Below, piece by piece: positions 45,246 to 54,245 of a DNA stretch of 64,000 nucleotides. Each line of letters opens with the position of its first letter. Position 1 is the first letter of the stretch. Origin of the DNA: Candidatus Limimorpha sp. (GTDB lineage Bacteria; Bacteroidota; Bacteroidia; Bacteroidales; F082). Position numbers and translations under genes: made by a program. Location: assembly GCA_045111995.1 (NCBI GenBank), contig JBGUHI010000034.1:66308-130307 (forward strand), read 5' to 3'. The notes beneath the pieces were generated by a model. It made no database searches. It was not told the origin of the DNA and saw only the letters and a list, made by a program, of their open reading frames with translations.

Positions 45246-45818
45246 ATGTTCAGCATTTTCGACGATATGACCCAAGTGTGCGAAGCCGAGGTGCAACGCA
45301 TGTTGCCTTTGGTGAACGGGCAACGCCGCGACGAAGCCTTGCGCTACAAGCACCTTTTCGGGCAGTTCGCCTGCCTCAAGTCGTGGATGATGCTTGAAGG
45401 GCTATTGAGACCGTTGGGGGTCAACGACTTGGAAATCGGCAAAAACGAGCACGGCAAGCCTTATTTAATAAGGTGTCCTGAGGTGCACTTCAACCTTAGC
45501 CATTGCAAGAACGGCATCGCCGTGGCGGTCGACTTCTCCCCTGTCGGCATCGACATCGAGAGTTTCCGCAGCGGCAGCCTCGCTCTCGTCCACAAAACGA
45601 TGAGCCCTGCCGAGGCCGCGTGGATCCAAGCCTCATCCGAACCTGTCGAAACCTTCACCCAGTTTTGGACCAAGAAGGAAGCCGTAGTGAAACTACGTGG
45701 CACGGGCATCACTGACGACCTGCACCATGTTTTGGACGGCAAGGGCTACCGTTTGGAGAGCCATATTAATAGAGAAAAACGCTACGCTTTCAGCATAGCG
45801 TTTTCACAAATCCTGTAA
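45246..45818 (+). CDS. 4'-phosphopantetheinyl transferase (Sfp-type)
   Basis: GKPYL, FNLSHCKNGIAVAV, VGIDIE, and FWTKKEAVVKLRG (W/F-x-x-KEA-x-x-K motif). Confidence 0.8.
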   Translation: MFSIFDDMTQVCEAEVQRMLPLVNGQRRDEALRYKHLFGQFACLKSWMMLEGLLRPLGVNDLEIGKNEHGKPYLIRCPEVHFNLSHCKNGIAVAVDFSPVGIDIESFRSGSLALVHKTMSPAEAAWIQASSEPVETFTQFWTKKEAVVKLRGTGITDDLHHVLDGKGYRLESHINREKRYAFSIAFSQIL

Positions 45819-45827
45819 AGCGACAGA

Positions 45828-46763
45828 TTAAGCGACAATCCTCGTCCCGCAAGTCGGGTCGCCGAGTTTGGTGGCCTCGGTGATGATGGCCTCGTGGCCG
45901 GTGTGTTCGACGAACAGCACGGCGGCACGAATCTTGGGCGCCATGCTGCCTTCGGTGAAATGACCCTCGGCAAGGTATTGCTTGGCTTCGGCCACGGTGA
46001 TGGTGTCCAATGCCTTCTCGTTTTCCTTGCGGAAGTTGATGTAGACCTTCGGCACGTCGGTGAGGATGTAGAACTCGTCGGCACCGATGTTGATGGCGGT
46101 CATGGCCGAGGCCAAGTCCTTGTCTATCACGGCCTCAACGCCATAATGGATGCCGTCTTTCTCGATGACGGGAATGCCGCCGCCGCCCACCGTAATGATG
46201 ATGTTGCCTTCGCTGGCAAGGCGCTTCACGATGTCGACGTTCTGGATGCCAATCGGTTTGGGCGAGGCCACCACCTTGCGCCATCCGCGACCCTTGGGGT
46301 CTTCCTTATAGACGGCACCTGTTTCGGCGGCGTAAGTCTCGGCCTGCTCCTTGGTGTAGTAAGGGCCAACAGGCTTGGTGGGGTTCTGGAACATCGGGTC
46401 ATCCTTATCGACCACCACTTGCGTTACAAAAGTGATGACGTTGCGTTGGATGTTCTCTTGCACGAGAACACGGTTCAAGCCCAACTCAATCATATATCCG
46501 ATCATGCCTTGGGTCTCGGCACCGCACACATCCATAGGCATGGCGGGAATGCCATCTTTTTCGCCTGCGGCATTCTGAATCAGAACGTTACCCACTTGGG
46601 GACCGTTGCCGTGGCCAATGACCAAATTATAACCCTGTTTCAGGAAAGGCAGCAGCGACTGGCAAGTGTCGGCCACGTTCTGCATCTGTTCCTGGCAAGT
46701 TCCTTTCTGACCGCTTCTCAACAAGGCGTTTCCGCCAAAAGCGACAACTGCTAGTTTTTTCAT
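45828..46763 (-). CDS. arcC: Carbamate kinase
   Basis: VVAFGGNALL, VIGHGNGPQVG, and PMDVCGAETQGMIGYM. Confidence 0.9.
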   Translation of the reverse strand: MKKLAVVAFGGNALLRSGQKGTCQEQMQNVADTCQSLLPFLKQGYNLVIGHGNGPQVGNVLIQNAAGEKDGIPAMPMDVCGAETQGMIGYMIELGLNRVLVQENIQRNVITFVTQVVVDKDDPMFQNPTKPVGPYYTKEQAETYAAETGAVYKEDPKGRGWRKVVASPKPIGIQNVDIVKRLASEGNIIITVGGGGIPVIEKDGIHYGVEAVIDKDLASAMTAINIGADEFYILTDVPKVYINFRKENEKALDTITVAEAKQYLAEGHFTEGSMAPKIRAAVLFVEHTGHEAIITEATKLGDPTCGTRIVA

Positions 46764-46816
46764 ACTTATAATTAATTCGATATTTAGGATTCAAGGTTGT
46801 GGATGACGAGGCTCTG

Positions 46817-47164
46817 TCATTTTCTATGATAGGTTACGGAATAGCCGTCTTGTCCTATCACCAACAGGGTATCGGTGAGCGAGATGATGTTGTTGGTGTC
46901 GGCAAAGCTGGTCGGGGCGCTTCCGCTGGTCGTGCCATTGAGGATCAGCAAATCGCCGTTCTTCTCCCATGTCTTGTATTCGCGGAAGCCCGTATTGATT
47001 GAAACCACTTCGCCGTTTTCGAGCAAGGTGAAGCCCACTTCGCCAAGCAGGCTGCCCTCAACAGCGGGTTCGACCCAAGTCCCGACAATCGAAGGCTGCG
47101 AGCACGAGGCGAAAAACAGCCCCATTATTGCACATAAAGCAATCAATTTCAAATGTTTAGCCAT
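46817..47164 (-). CDS. Lipocalin-like small lipoprotein
   Basis: Lipobox FFASC followed by IVGTWVEP (a lipocalin-like-domain start). The start MAKHLK at 47164 is preferred. Confidence 0.6.
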   Translation of the reverse strand: MAKHLKLIALCAIMGLFFASCSQPSIVGTWVEPAVEGSLLGEVGFTLLENGEVVSINTGFREYKTWEKNGDLLILNGTTSGSAPTSFADTNNIISLTDTLLVIGQDGYSVTYHRK

Positions 47165-47263
47165 TTTTATTCTCTTTATTGTTTGGAGCGGCAAAGGTAG
47201 AAATTATTTCCTTAAGCCAAACACTTTCAGCGAATTATTTTATTGGATGATTTCTCAACAAAC

Positions 47264-47296
47264 AAAAAAGCACCGCCAATAATGACGATGCTTTTC
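47264..47296 (-). terminator. Rho-independent terminator after the 100-aa gene
   Basis: Read on the - strand: aaagcatcg...cggtgcttt hairpin with one mismatch, followed by TTTTTT. Confidence 0.5.
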
Positions 47297-47315
47297 GTTG
47301 AATAATGCAGGTTCT

Positions 47316-47618
47316 TTATTCCTTGCGACGTTTCTTGACAACAGCGTAAGCTGCACCAAAAGTCAGCATGAGCAAGACACCTGAACCGATAGGTGCAGGT
47401 TGGTCACCGCCCAAGTCATGGCCTGGCAAACCCGGCAAAACAGCATTGTTGAACAAACCGTATTGGTTGACAAAGGCTCCATAATACACTTCATCTGTCA
47501 CATGCCCACGACCAAACAATCCTCCTCCGTATGGGCTATCCTTGCTCGTTAAGTACTGCGAATAAGCATTTGTGCTCATGCACAATGCAACGGCCATTAT
47601 CATTATCATCTTTTTCAT
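47316..47618 (-). CDS. Small secreted protein with a C-terminal motif / TM helix / basic-tail signal
   Basis: Signal peptide (MAVALCMSTNAYSQ) and a Gly-rich middle section. The C-terminus is LPGLPGHDLGGDQPAPIGSG-VLLMLTFGAAYAVV-KKRRKE. Confidence 0.65.
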   Translation of the reverse strand: MKKMIMIMAVALCMSTNAYSQYLTSKDSPYGGGLFGRGHVTDEVYYGAFVNQYGLFNNAVLPGLPGHDLGGDQPAPIGSGVLLMLTFGAAYAVVKKRRKE

Positions 47619-47629
47619 ATCAATTACAT

Positions 47630-49528
47630 TTAATGGTTAATGACTACTTTTTGAACCAAGCTCTTTGTCTTGTCGTCAAGACGGACAAGATATACTCCCG
47701 ATGGCAAATCGGCAACGAGACAGGTGTTGCCTGCCAAGTTCACTGACTTCACCGTGCGACCCAACATATCCGTCATAGTCAGTTGGGCGCTTTCGGCCTC
47801 CTCGTTGAGGTAGAGAACGCCGTCTTTGACAAAACAGAAATGCTGTGCTGTCAGTTGGTCATCAATGCCCGTGTTGTGCCTGAAAACGAGCATGAAACGC
47901 GCCGCATACTCATTGCCGTTGGCGTGGAAGGTGTAGCTCGGCTGCTCCAGCAGATTGATGTCGGAGCCCGTAAGGTGGTCGATCAGGTGCAGGTAACTGA
48001 ATTGGGAGTCGCCGCCTACAGAGAGGGTGAAGTCACCGTTGTGTCTGTTGTAAAACATCACATCCACCGACTCGGCTTCAGCGCCAAGGTGGGCGATGGC
48101 GTAGTCTTCCCCTGCGTTCCGTATGCTGAGGCTTGGTGCTTCTTCGTCGAGGTTGTCCATTTTGTCGAGACCGATGCCAGGAGCAAAATAGGCAAAAGCC
48201 TTGTCGTCGCCACGAAGTCCCGAGACTGTGAGTTCCAAGCGTGCGGAATGGGTCTTGGCATTTCCCATTTCGGCCGTGGCAGCAGCATTAGTCTTATGGA
48301 TGGTCAAGTCCGTTGCCACAATGGTTTTCACCAATATACCTTGCCCAGGTTGGATGGCATCATCATAGGTATGGACGTGCCACGCGCCCTCGTTGGTAAG
48401 CGTGTAGTAGCCCGAAGCCAAATTGGTGTTGTCAATGGCGCCACCTTCGCCTTTGTAGATGACATGCGGGAAGGGGTTGCCGATGAGGTTGAAGCCGCTC
48501 ATGCCGTCGGTGCGCTCGGTGTAGGTCAACGGGCGGGTGATGTCGGTCGTGTTCAAAACCCCAGTAAACACGGGTGAGAACGTGTTGGTGTTTGCATAGA
48601 GGTAGCCGCGACCGTTCTCGAAAGTGGTGAAGTCGGCATGACCGGTTTTGTAGTTCTCCCATTCGTTTTGGTTGGTGTTCATCTCGTTAAAACGATACAG
48701 GTCATAGCTTTCCGTGAGGAAACTGCTGCCCTCGATGGGCATTTCGTTCATCGGTGAGGCGATGGTGTACCAGCCACCCAAGCCGTCCCTGTTGTACGAG
48801 AAAACGTTTTTCTCCATCGTGGCAAAGACGTTCTCAGTGGCATTGACAATCTGACCTCCGTCTTGGATGACGATACCAGAAGCCGTGGTATTGTTCAAGT
48901 CGCCCGTAACGGTCAAGATGCTTCCCGATTCGACGGTCAGCGTCTGTCCTTCGATGATGGTGATGGCCGCCACCGTGGCATTCATGTCGAGGAGGCAGTT
49001 GTTGAGGACAAAGACTTCGTCTTCCACCGAGGTTGGTGGCTCCTCGTCTCTCCAGTTCTCACTGTCTGACCAAGTGGTGCTTGTTCCACCCGTGTAAACC
49101 GGGCCTCCAAAATTCAAGGTGAACGGAAACACGAAGGGATTGCTTGTAGTCCCAAAGAAGTCGTTTGGCTGGAACGTATAGGTAATCAGGGGGGTCACAT
49201 TCAATTCCTCGTCCGTGGCATGGTTCCAAAGGCGGAATGTCATCTCCATCCCTGCCTCGCCATTGACGGTGAGGCAGGCATAATAGCGGTCTTTGTTCGC
49301 ATTGTAAAGGCAGATGATGCTGCCACGGCACTCGTCGTTGTAGAATGCACCAATCTCAAGCTGTTCGCTGCGTTGCTCGACGCCTTCGATGGTGATGATG
49401 CCCACAAACGTGGAGTTGTTGGGATATGCGTGGGAATTCCATGTCCAATGCTCGTTTTGTGCTTTGGCCGATCCGAAAACGACGACAAAAAGCATCAGCA
49501 ATGCCAGTTTTATTCTTTTGCTTTTCAT
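47630..49528 (-). CDS. T9SS-sorted secreted protein (C-terminal type-A sorting domain), function unknown
   Basis: Signal peptide. The C-terminal ~70 aa (LTMTDMLGRTVKSVNL...LPSGVYLVRLDDKTKSLVQKVVINH) fits the Por secretion tail pattern. The N-terminus carries the ~85-aa HW...DECRGS...DRY module. Confidence 0.8.
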   Translation of the reverse strand: MKSKRIKLALLMLFVVVFGSAKAQNEHWTWNSHAYPNNSTFVGIITIEGVEQRSEQLEIGAFYNDECRGSIICLYNANKDRYYACLTVNGEAGMEMTFRLWNHATDEELNVTPLITYTFQPNDFFGTTSNPFVFPFTLNFGGPVYTGGTSTTWSDSENWRDEEPPTSVEDEVFVLNNCLLDMNATVAAITIIEGQTLTVESGSILTVTGDLNNTTASGIVIQDGGQIVNATENVFATMEKNVFSYNRDGLGGWYTIASPMNEMPIEGSSFLTESYDLYRFNEMNTNQNEWENYKTGHADFTTFENGRGYLYANTNTFSPVFTGVLNTTDITRPLTYTERTDGMSGFNLIGNPFPHVIYKGEGGAIDNTNLASGYYTLTNEGAWHVHTYDDAIQPGQGILVKTIVATDLTIHKTNAAATAEMGNAKTHSARLELTVSGLRGDDKAFAYFAPGIGLDKMDNLDEEAPSLSIRNAGEDYAIAHLGAEAESVDVMFYNRHNGDFTLSVGGDSQFSYLHLIDHLTGSDINLLEQPSYTFHANGNEYAARFMLVFRHNTGIDDQLTAQHFCFVKDGVLYLNEEAESAQLTMTDMLGRTVKSVNLAGNTCLVADLPSGVYLVRLDDKTKSLVQKVVINH

Positions 49529-49540
49529 TGTTTCAGTTTT

Positions 49541-52500
49541 TTATTCAACAATCAGTTTGCAGGTGTAGATGCCTTTGCCGTCGATGGCGACCTTCATCAC
49601 ATAGACCCCCTTCGTGGCGGGAGCCTTGATGGCGGAGGAAGATCCCGTTACGTTTTCAGCCGAGACCATGGCACCCAAAGCGTTGACAATCTCAACACGG
49701 GCTTCGGATTCGTAAGGCATGTTGATTCTAACCAAGCCATTGGCATTCACGGGATTCGGATATGCTGCCAATCCGTTGGCAAAAGGTTCATCCGTCTCGG
49801 TTGTGGTCGAGAAGTCCACGATGAACGGGTTGGCAAGGCTACCGACAATACCATCCACCTCGAAGTTGAGGCTGCTGTTGGGGTTCTCGTATTCCATGCC
49901 CGTTTCATGGTCGTAGAGCTTCAGGGTAAGCGTAGCGGCTTCTTCGCCCGTCACGGTGAGGAAGGCGACATAGCGGTCAAGATGCTCCACATACAGCAGA
50001 CGCGCGCTGCCACGGCACTCGTCGCCGTCAAACGCGGCAAGCTCGGCATCGCCACCAAGTTCGTTTTCGTCGAGGCAAACAACGGCCATGACGCTCATGT
50101 TGTAAGGATAGGCCTGCCTGTTGGCCATCCAGTGGTTGTCAGTCATGCTTGGGATTTCGTCCAAGCATCTTCCTCCGTTGGCATAAACAAATGAGGTGTT
50201 GCCCGTGGCACTGGAATTGTACATCAGGCCCGTGCCTGGATAGATGGTGTTGAAACTGCCGACCCAACCCATACCAGCGATATAGACGGAGAAGTTGTCT
50301 TGGTTCTTAATCATGTCGCCGTCCTGTGCGGCAAGTCCGCCCAAGGCGGTATTGAGGTCGAGGGCATTGGTGGAAGGATAACCTATCCAGTTCCAGCCGT
50401 TGGACAAAGTGATGGGGTGTTGGTCGGGGGTGACGAAACTGCCGGCAACGCTCATCACACAGTCGGCACTAGTATTAATAAGGTAGGTGCTCTCGTTGTT
50501 CACTGTTGTCAGCGTCCCGAACCATTCGCCAGCGTCGTAGGTGGTGAAGCCGTTGGATTGCGACTTGATCATCAGGCCGCTTTCTCCCAAGCTATTAGTC
50601 ATCATGTCGAGGCTGCCAGTACCGAGTTCCACATAGCTCGAATGCCAGTTCCAGCCTTGGCTCAAGATGGAGTTCTGTATGCTGACGAAGTTGAACACAT
50701 GCGGATCCTGATAAGAGCCAACGATGTTGTCGGGGACGAAAGTCATCACCTCGGTGCATACCAGCAGCGATTCTTGGCTCGTTGCGTGGTCGTAAAGGCG
50801 GAAGGTGAGTTGGTCGTTATGCTCGCCATACAGGGTGAAGAATAGGAGATAGCGGTCGATTGGGGGATAATAGGTAAGGATTTGGCTGCCACGGCACTCA
50901 TCGTTGCAGAAGGCGCCAATTTCCAATGTTCCGACAGTTTGTTCCACACCGCCGATTTGGATGATGCCGATGACCGTCATGTTGAAGGCTGACTGGTGAG
51001 GGTTGGGTTGCCAATGGTTGGAGTTGGGCGTTGGCCCGTAGCCTTCGGTGATGTTGAAGAACTCTTGCCAATAGGCCGCATTGCGGTAGTCGTCGCCTGA
51101 GCCGAAAGGCACGATTACCGGGATGCTGCGCGAGACGGTGGCGAAAGTGCTGGCGCCAATGGTGGGCGGCACGGCCACGGCCACGGTCATGTCTTCCACC
51201 GTTGAGCAACGCTTGAAGGCGTAGTTGGGGATGCTCAACACGTTGTCGCCGATGTTGATGTGGGCCAGCGAGGCGCAGTCGAAGAACACAGGGTGTTGCG
51301 CATCGCCCATTTGGGTGCAGCTGGTGGCATTGTAGTTGACGGTGGTGATTTCGTCGCAGCTGGCGAAGGCGTGGTTGCCCACCGAGAGCAAGGTTGCGGG
51401 TAGGGTGAGTTCGCCGCGAATGCCTCCGCAGTTGCGGAAGGCCTCGTTGCCGATGGTCTCCACCGAGTTGCCCATCACGATGCCCTCCAAGCCGGAGCAG
51501 TTGTAGAAGGCCTGGTCGCCGATGCTGGTGAGGCTGTTGGGGAGAATAAGGTTTCCAGTGAGTGTGGAACAATCCTTGAAAGCAATATCTGAAATGCTTT
51601 CCACGTTGTTTCCAATATTCAACGTGGTCAGAGAAGGCATTCCTGTAAAGGAATTAGGAGCAAATTGATACCCATAATAATCATTCCAGACACTCCCTCC
51701 AATTGTACAATTGGTCGCATTGTAATTCATGGTCGTGAAACCTGTGTTCATGAAAGCATTACCGCTAACAGCTGAAACGTTTGTTCCGATGGTAAGAGTT
51801 CCACTAAAGCCTGTACAATTTCTAAAAGCCTGACTATCAATAGTATCAACCAAATTTGGAATTACGAGTTCTCCTGTAAAACCAGAGCAACCATAAAATG
51901 ATCGCATTCCAATTGATTGCAAGCTGTTAGGCAAAGTCAATGATCCCTCCAATGTGTTGCAAGAAACAAAAGCATAATCGGGAATGGTTTGCACTTCACT
52001 TCCTAAGTTCAACGTTGTCAGATTATTGCAATTGTAGAATGTGGAAACAGGGATATCGGTGCCATTACTCCAAAGCCACCCCGTTCCCATTGCTGTACAA
52101 TTGGTTGCATTGAAGTTCAAGGTTGTAAAGCCATTATTGGAGAATGCATAGCTGCCAATCGATGTTACGGATTCGGGAATGACCAATGTACCCGTAGCAC
52201 CAATGTTGTCAAACGAATAGTCTCCAATGGTCTCAACGGAATTGGGCAGATTGAGCGCTCCTGATATGCCTTGCAAGTCCTTGAAAGCACCTGTCGGAAT
52301 TTGTTGCACATTTTCTCCAATTTGCAGCGATTCAATATTGGAACAACCATAAAAAGCTGAAATGAATTCGAGTTCGTTATAACCACTATTCAACCAATAT
52401 AAATAGCCTATTGTAGAACAATCTGTTGCATTGAAGTTTATGGCGGTGACACCTGTGTTAGCAAAAGCCTTAAGCCCAACAGAGGTGACATTCTCTGGGA

Positions 52501-53809
52501 TTGTTAACACTCCACTCAAACCAGTTCCAGCAAAGGCATAGTCTCCAATGGTAACCACAGAACTTGGAATGTTGAAATTCCCTGTTATTCCCGACAAATC
52601 CCTAAACGCTCCATTGGGAATAACCTGTACACCTTCGCCAATCTGAAGCGAAGTGATATTGCTGCAGCCAGAAAACGCAGACGTAAAATAACAATATGGA
52701 TCATCAGTATAGTATTGACCATTGCCATAATAGTAATCAAAGCTATTAGTATCATTTCGATAATACCCAATTGCGGTACAATTAGTGGCATTAAAAACAA
52801 TGCCTGTCAATCCCAAACAGTTGGCGAATGCGTTTTGGCCAATCGAAGTGATGTTGGTTCCTATGGTTAGACTCCCAGTAAGGCTGCAATCTTGAAAAGC
52901 GCCTTCGCCGATTGAAGTGAGCGAATTTGGTAGGGGCAGAGTACCCGTAAAACCAGTATTGGCAAAAGCATATTCGCCAATCGTGGTAACGGAATTGGGA
53001 ATATTCAACGCTCCTGTCAAGCCGGAGCAACCATTAAAAGCATATCCGCCAATTGTAGTAACAGAACTGGGTATTACCAATGTTCCGCTCAAGCTGGAAT
53101 GGCCGTCGAATGCCTTATAAGGAATGGTTTGCACATTGTTTCCGATGTTCAATGTGGTCAATGGACAGTTCGCGAAGACCCCGACATCCCATCCATAATA
53201 ATAATAAAAAATTCCCATCGTACAGTTGGTAGCATTGAAGTTCAAGGTTGTGAAACCATTATTGGCAAACGCATAACATCCAATAGAAGCAACCGATTCG
53301 GGAATGGTCAATGTACCGCTAAAACCAGCACCCCAAAACATATAGTTAGGGATAACCTGGACTCCTTCTCCAATATTCAGATTGGTCAAGCTAGAACAAT
53401 CAGTAAATATAGAGTTTTGAGAACTAAGAGTACAGTTTATTGCGTTGTAGTTTACCGTGGTAAAGTTAGCCCCTTGAAAAGGCAAATAACCTGTAGATGA
53501 AATGGTACTGGGAATGGTCACTGATAGATTTAGGCCATTAGGATTATAATCATAAAACGCACTCTCACCGATACAATTCACGGTATAAGAAGTGCCATTA
53601 TCAGACACGCTTTCAGGAATGTCAACATCCAAATCATATTCCACATAACCGACTACGGTTACCGAAACTCCGTCGTCGTTAACGGAGTAGTTCAAGTTGC
53701 CCACCGTAAAGTTCTGGGCGTGTGCATTCTTCATTCCCGCCACACTCAGCAGCAGGACGAACAAGGCGGCACTCGTCGCCTTCCCGAATCGTAAAATTCT
53801 TTCTTTCAT
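49541..53809 (-). CDS. BspA-like leucine-rich-repeat surface protein, T9SS-sorted (1422 aa)
   Basis: About 30 LRR_5-type units (IPxSVTSIGxxAFxxCxxLT). Two copies of the HW...DECRGS module follow. The C-terminus has a T9SS tail (YPNPVNANGLVRINMP...KGVYVMKVAIDGKGIYTCKLIVE). Confidence 0.9.
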   Translation of the reverse strand: MKERILRFGKATSAALFVLLLSVAGMKNAHAQNFTVGNLNYSVNDDGVSVTVVGYVEYDLDVDIPESVSDNGTSYTVNCIGESAFYDYNPNGLNLSVTIPSTISSTGYLPFQGANFTTVNYNAINCTLSSQNSIFTDCSSLTNLNIGEGVQVIPNYMFWGAGFSGTLTIPESVASIGCYAFANNGFTTLNFNATNCTMGIFYYYYGWDVGVFANCPLTTLNIGNNVQTIPYKAFDGHSSLSGTLVIPSSVTTIGGYAFNGCSGLTGALNIPNSVTTIGEYAFANTGFTGTLPLPNSLTSIGEGAFQDCSLTGSLTIGTNITSIGQNAFANCLGLTGIVFNATNCTAIGYYRNDTNSFDYYYGNGQYYTDDPYCYFTSAFSGCSNITSLQIGEGVQVIPNGAFRDLSGITGNFNIPSSVVTIGDYAFAGTGLSGVLTIPENVTSVGLKAFANTGVTAINFNATDCSTIGYLYWLNSGYNELEFISAFYGCSNIESLQIGENVQQIPTGAFKDLQGISGALNLPNSVETIGDYSFDNIGATGTLVIPESVTSIGSYAFSNNGFTTLNFNATNCTAMGTGWLWSNGTDIPVSTFYNCNNLTTLNLGSEVQTIPDYAFVSCNTLEGSLTLPNSLQSIGMRSFYGCSGFTGELVIPNLVDTIDSQAFRNCTGFSGTLTIGTNVSAVSGNAFMNTGFTTMNYNATNCTIGGSVWNDYYGYQFAPNSFTGMPSLTTLNIGNNVESISDIAFKDCSTLTGNLILPNSLTSIGDQAFYNCSGLEGIVMGNSVETIGNEAFRNCGGIRGELTLPATLLSVGNHAFASCDEITTVNYNATSCTQMGDAQHPVFFDCASLAHINIGDNVLSIPNYAFKRCSTVEDMTVAVAVPPTIGASTFATVSRSIPVIVPFGSGDDYRNAAYWQEFFNITEGYGPTPNSNHWQPNPHQSAFNMTVIGIIQIGGVEQTVGTLEIGAFCNDECRGSQILTYYPPIDRYLLFFTLYGEHNDQLTFRLYDHATSQESLLVCTEVMTFVPDNIVGSYQDPHVFNFVSIQNSILSQGWNWHSSYVELGTGSLDMMTNSLGESGLMIKSQSNGFTTYDAGEWFGTLTTVNNESTYLINTSADCVMSVAGSFVTPDQHPITLSNGWNWIGYPSTNALDLNTALGGLAAQDGDMIKNQDNFSVYIAGMGWVGSFNTIYPGTGLMYNSSATGNTSFVYANGGRCLDEIPSMTDNHWMANRQAYPYNMSVMAVVCLDENELGGDAELAAFDGDECRGSARLLYVEHLDRYVAFLTVTGEEAATLTLKLYDHETGMEYENPNSSLNFEVDGIVGSLANPFIVDFSTTTETDEPFANGLAAYPNPVNANGLVRINMPYESEARVEIVNALGAMVSAENVTGSSSAIKAPATKGVYVMKVAIDGKGIYTCKLIVE

Positions 53810-53895
53810 TAGTTTGATATTTAAAGATTAGTGTTTTCCATTATGCTTTCCTTGGGCTATAAAAACAGCGAAGGCTTTACTTTCTGTACGTTGCC

Positions 53896-54014
53896 TAAGG
53901 GGGCCTTCGACTGCCAAACAATACAACTATACAAGTAAAGCCCACGTGTAGAAAACACGCGAGCGTTACGCTTTACTTGCTTGTATTGTTTTAGAGAGTT
54001 GTCGAAGTTCCCTT
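53896..54014 (-). other. Extended rod-like RNA hairpin in the putative 5' leader of the LRR gene
   Basis: Five nested stems:
- aaggg / ccctt
- cttcgac (53905-11) / gtcgaag (54001-07)
- aacaatacaa (53917-26) / ttgtattgtt (53981-90)
- caagtaaagc (53932-41) / gctttacttg (53970-79)
- cgtgt (53945-49) / acacg (53955-59). Confidence 0.6.
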
Positions 54015-54117
54015 AAACAAGCTGTTAAGCTAACGCTATTTCTTCAAATATGTCGGGAGATGGGGATTTAGGTCATTCGTTGGATTTTTGGTTAGACTTT
54101 TGTTTCGTTTGACGGGG

Positions 54118-54125
54118 CAAAGATA
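54118..54125 (-). promoter_or_regulatory. Bacteroidota -7 box ~308 nt upstream of the LRR gene ATG
   Basis: 'caaagata' within ggggcaaagataat. The same 14-mer context recurs at 54741-54754, upstream of the 54713 gene. Confidence 0.4.
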
Positions 54126-54245
54126 ATAAAAATTGGTTTGTCCAAGTCGAATAAGAACTTTTTTCAGCAAAAAGCTTGCGGAATGGGAAAATGTTTGTAT
54201 TTTTTTTGCACCGGTTTAAGCAACCACCAGAGGCGAATAGCGGTT

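Noticed and set aside
53873-53942. The alternative pairing ggctttactt / aagtaaagcc as an intrinsic terminator
   Set aside because: The loop would be about 50 nt, and the downstream T-run on the sense strand is separated from the stem by 8 nt. It is kept only as a possible alternative structure, not as a terminator feature.
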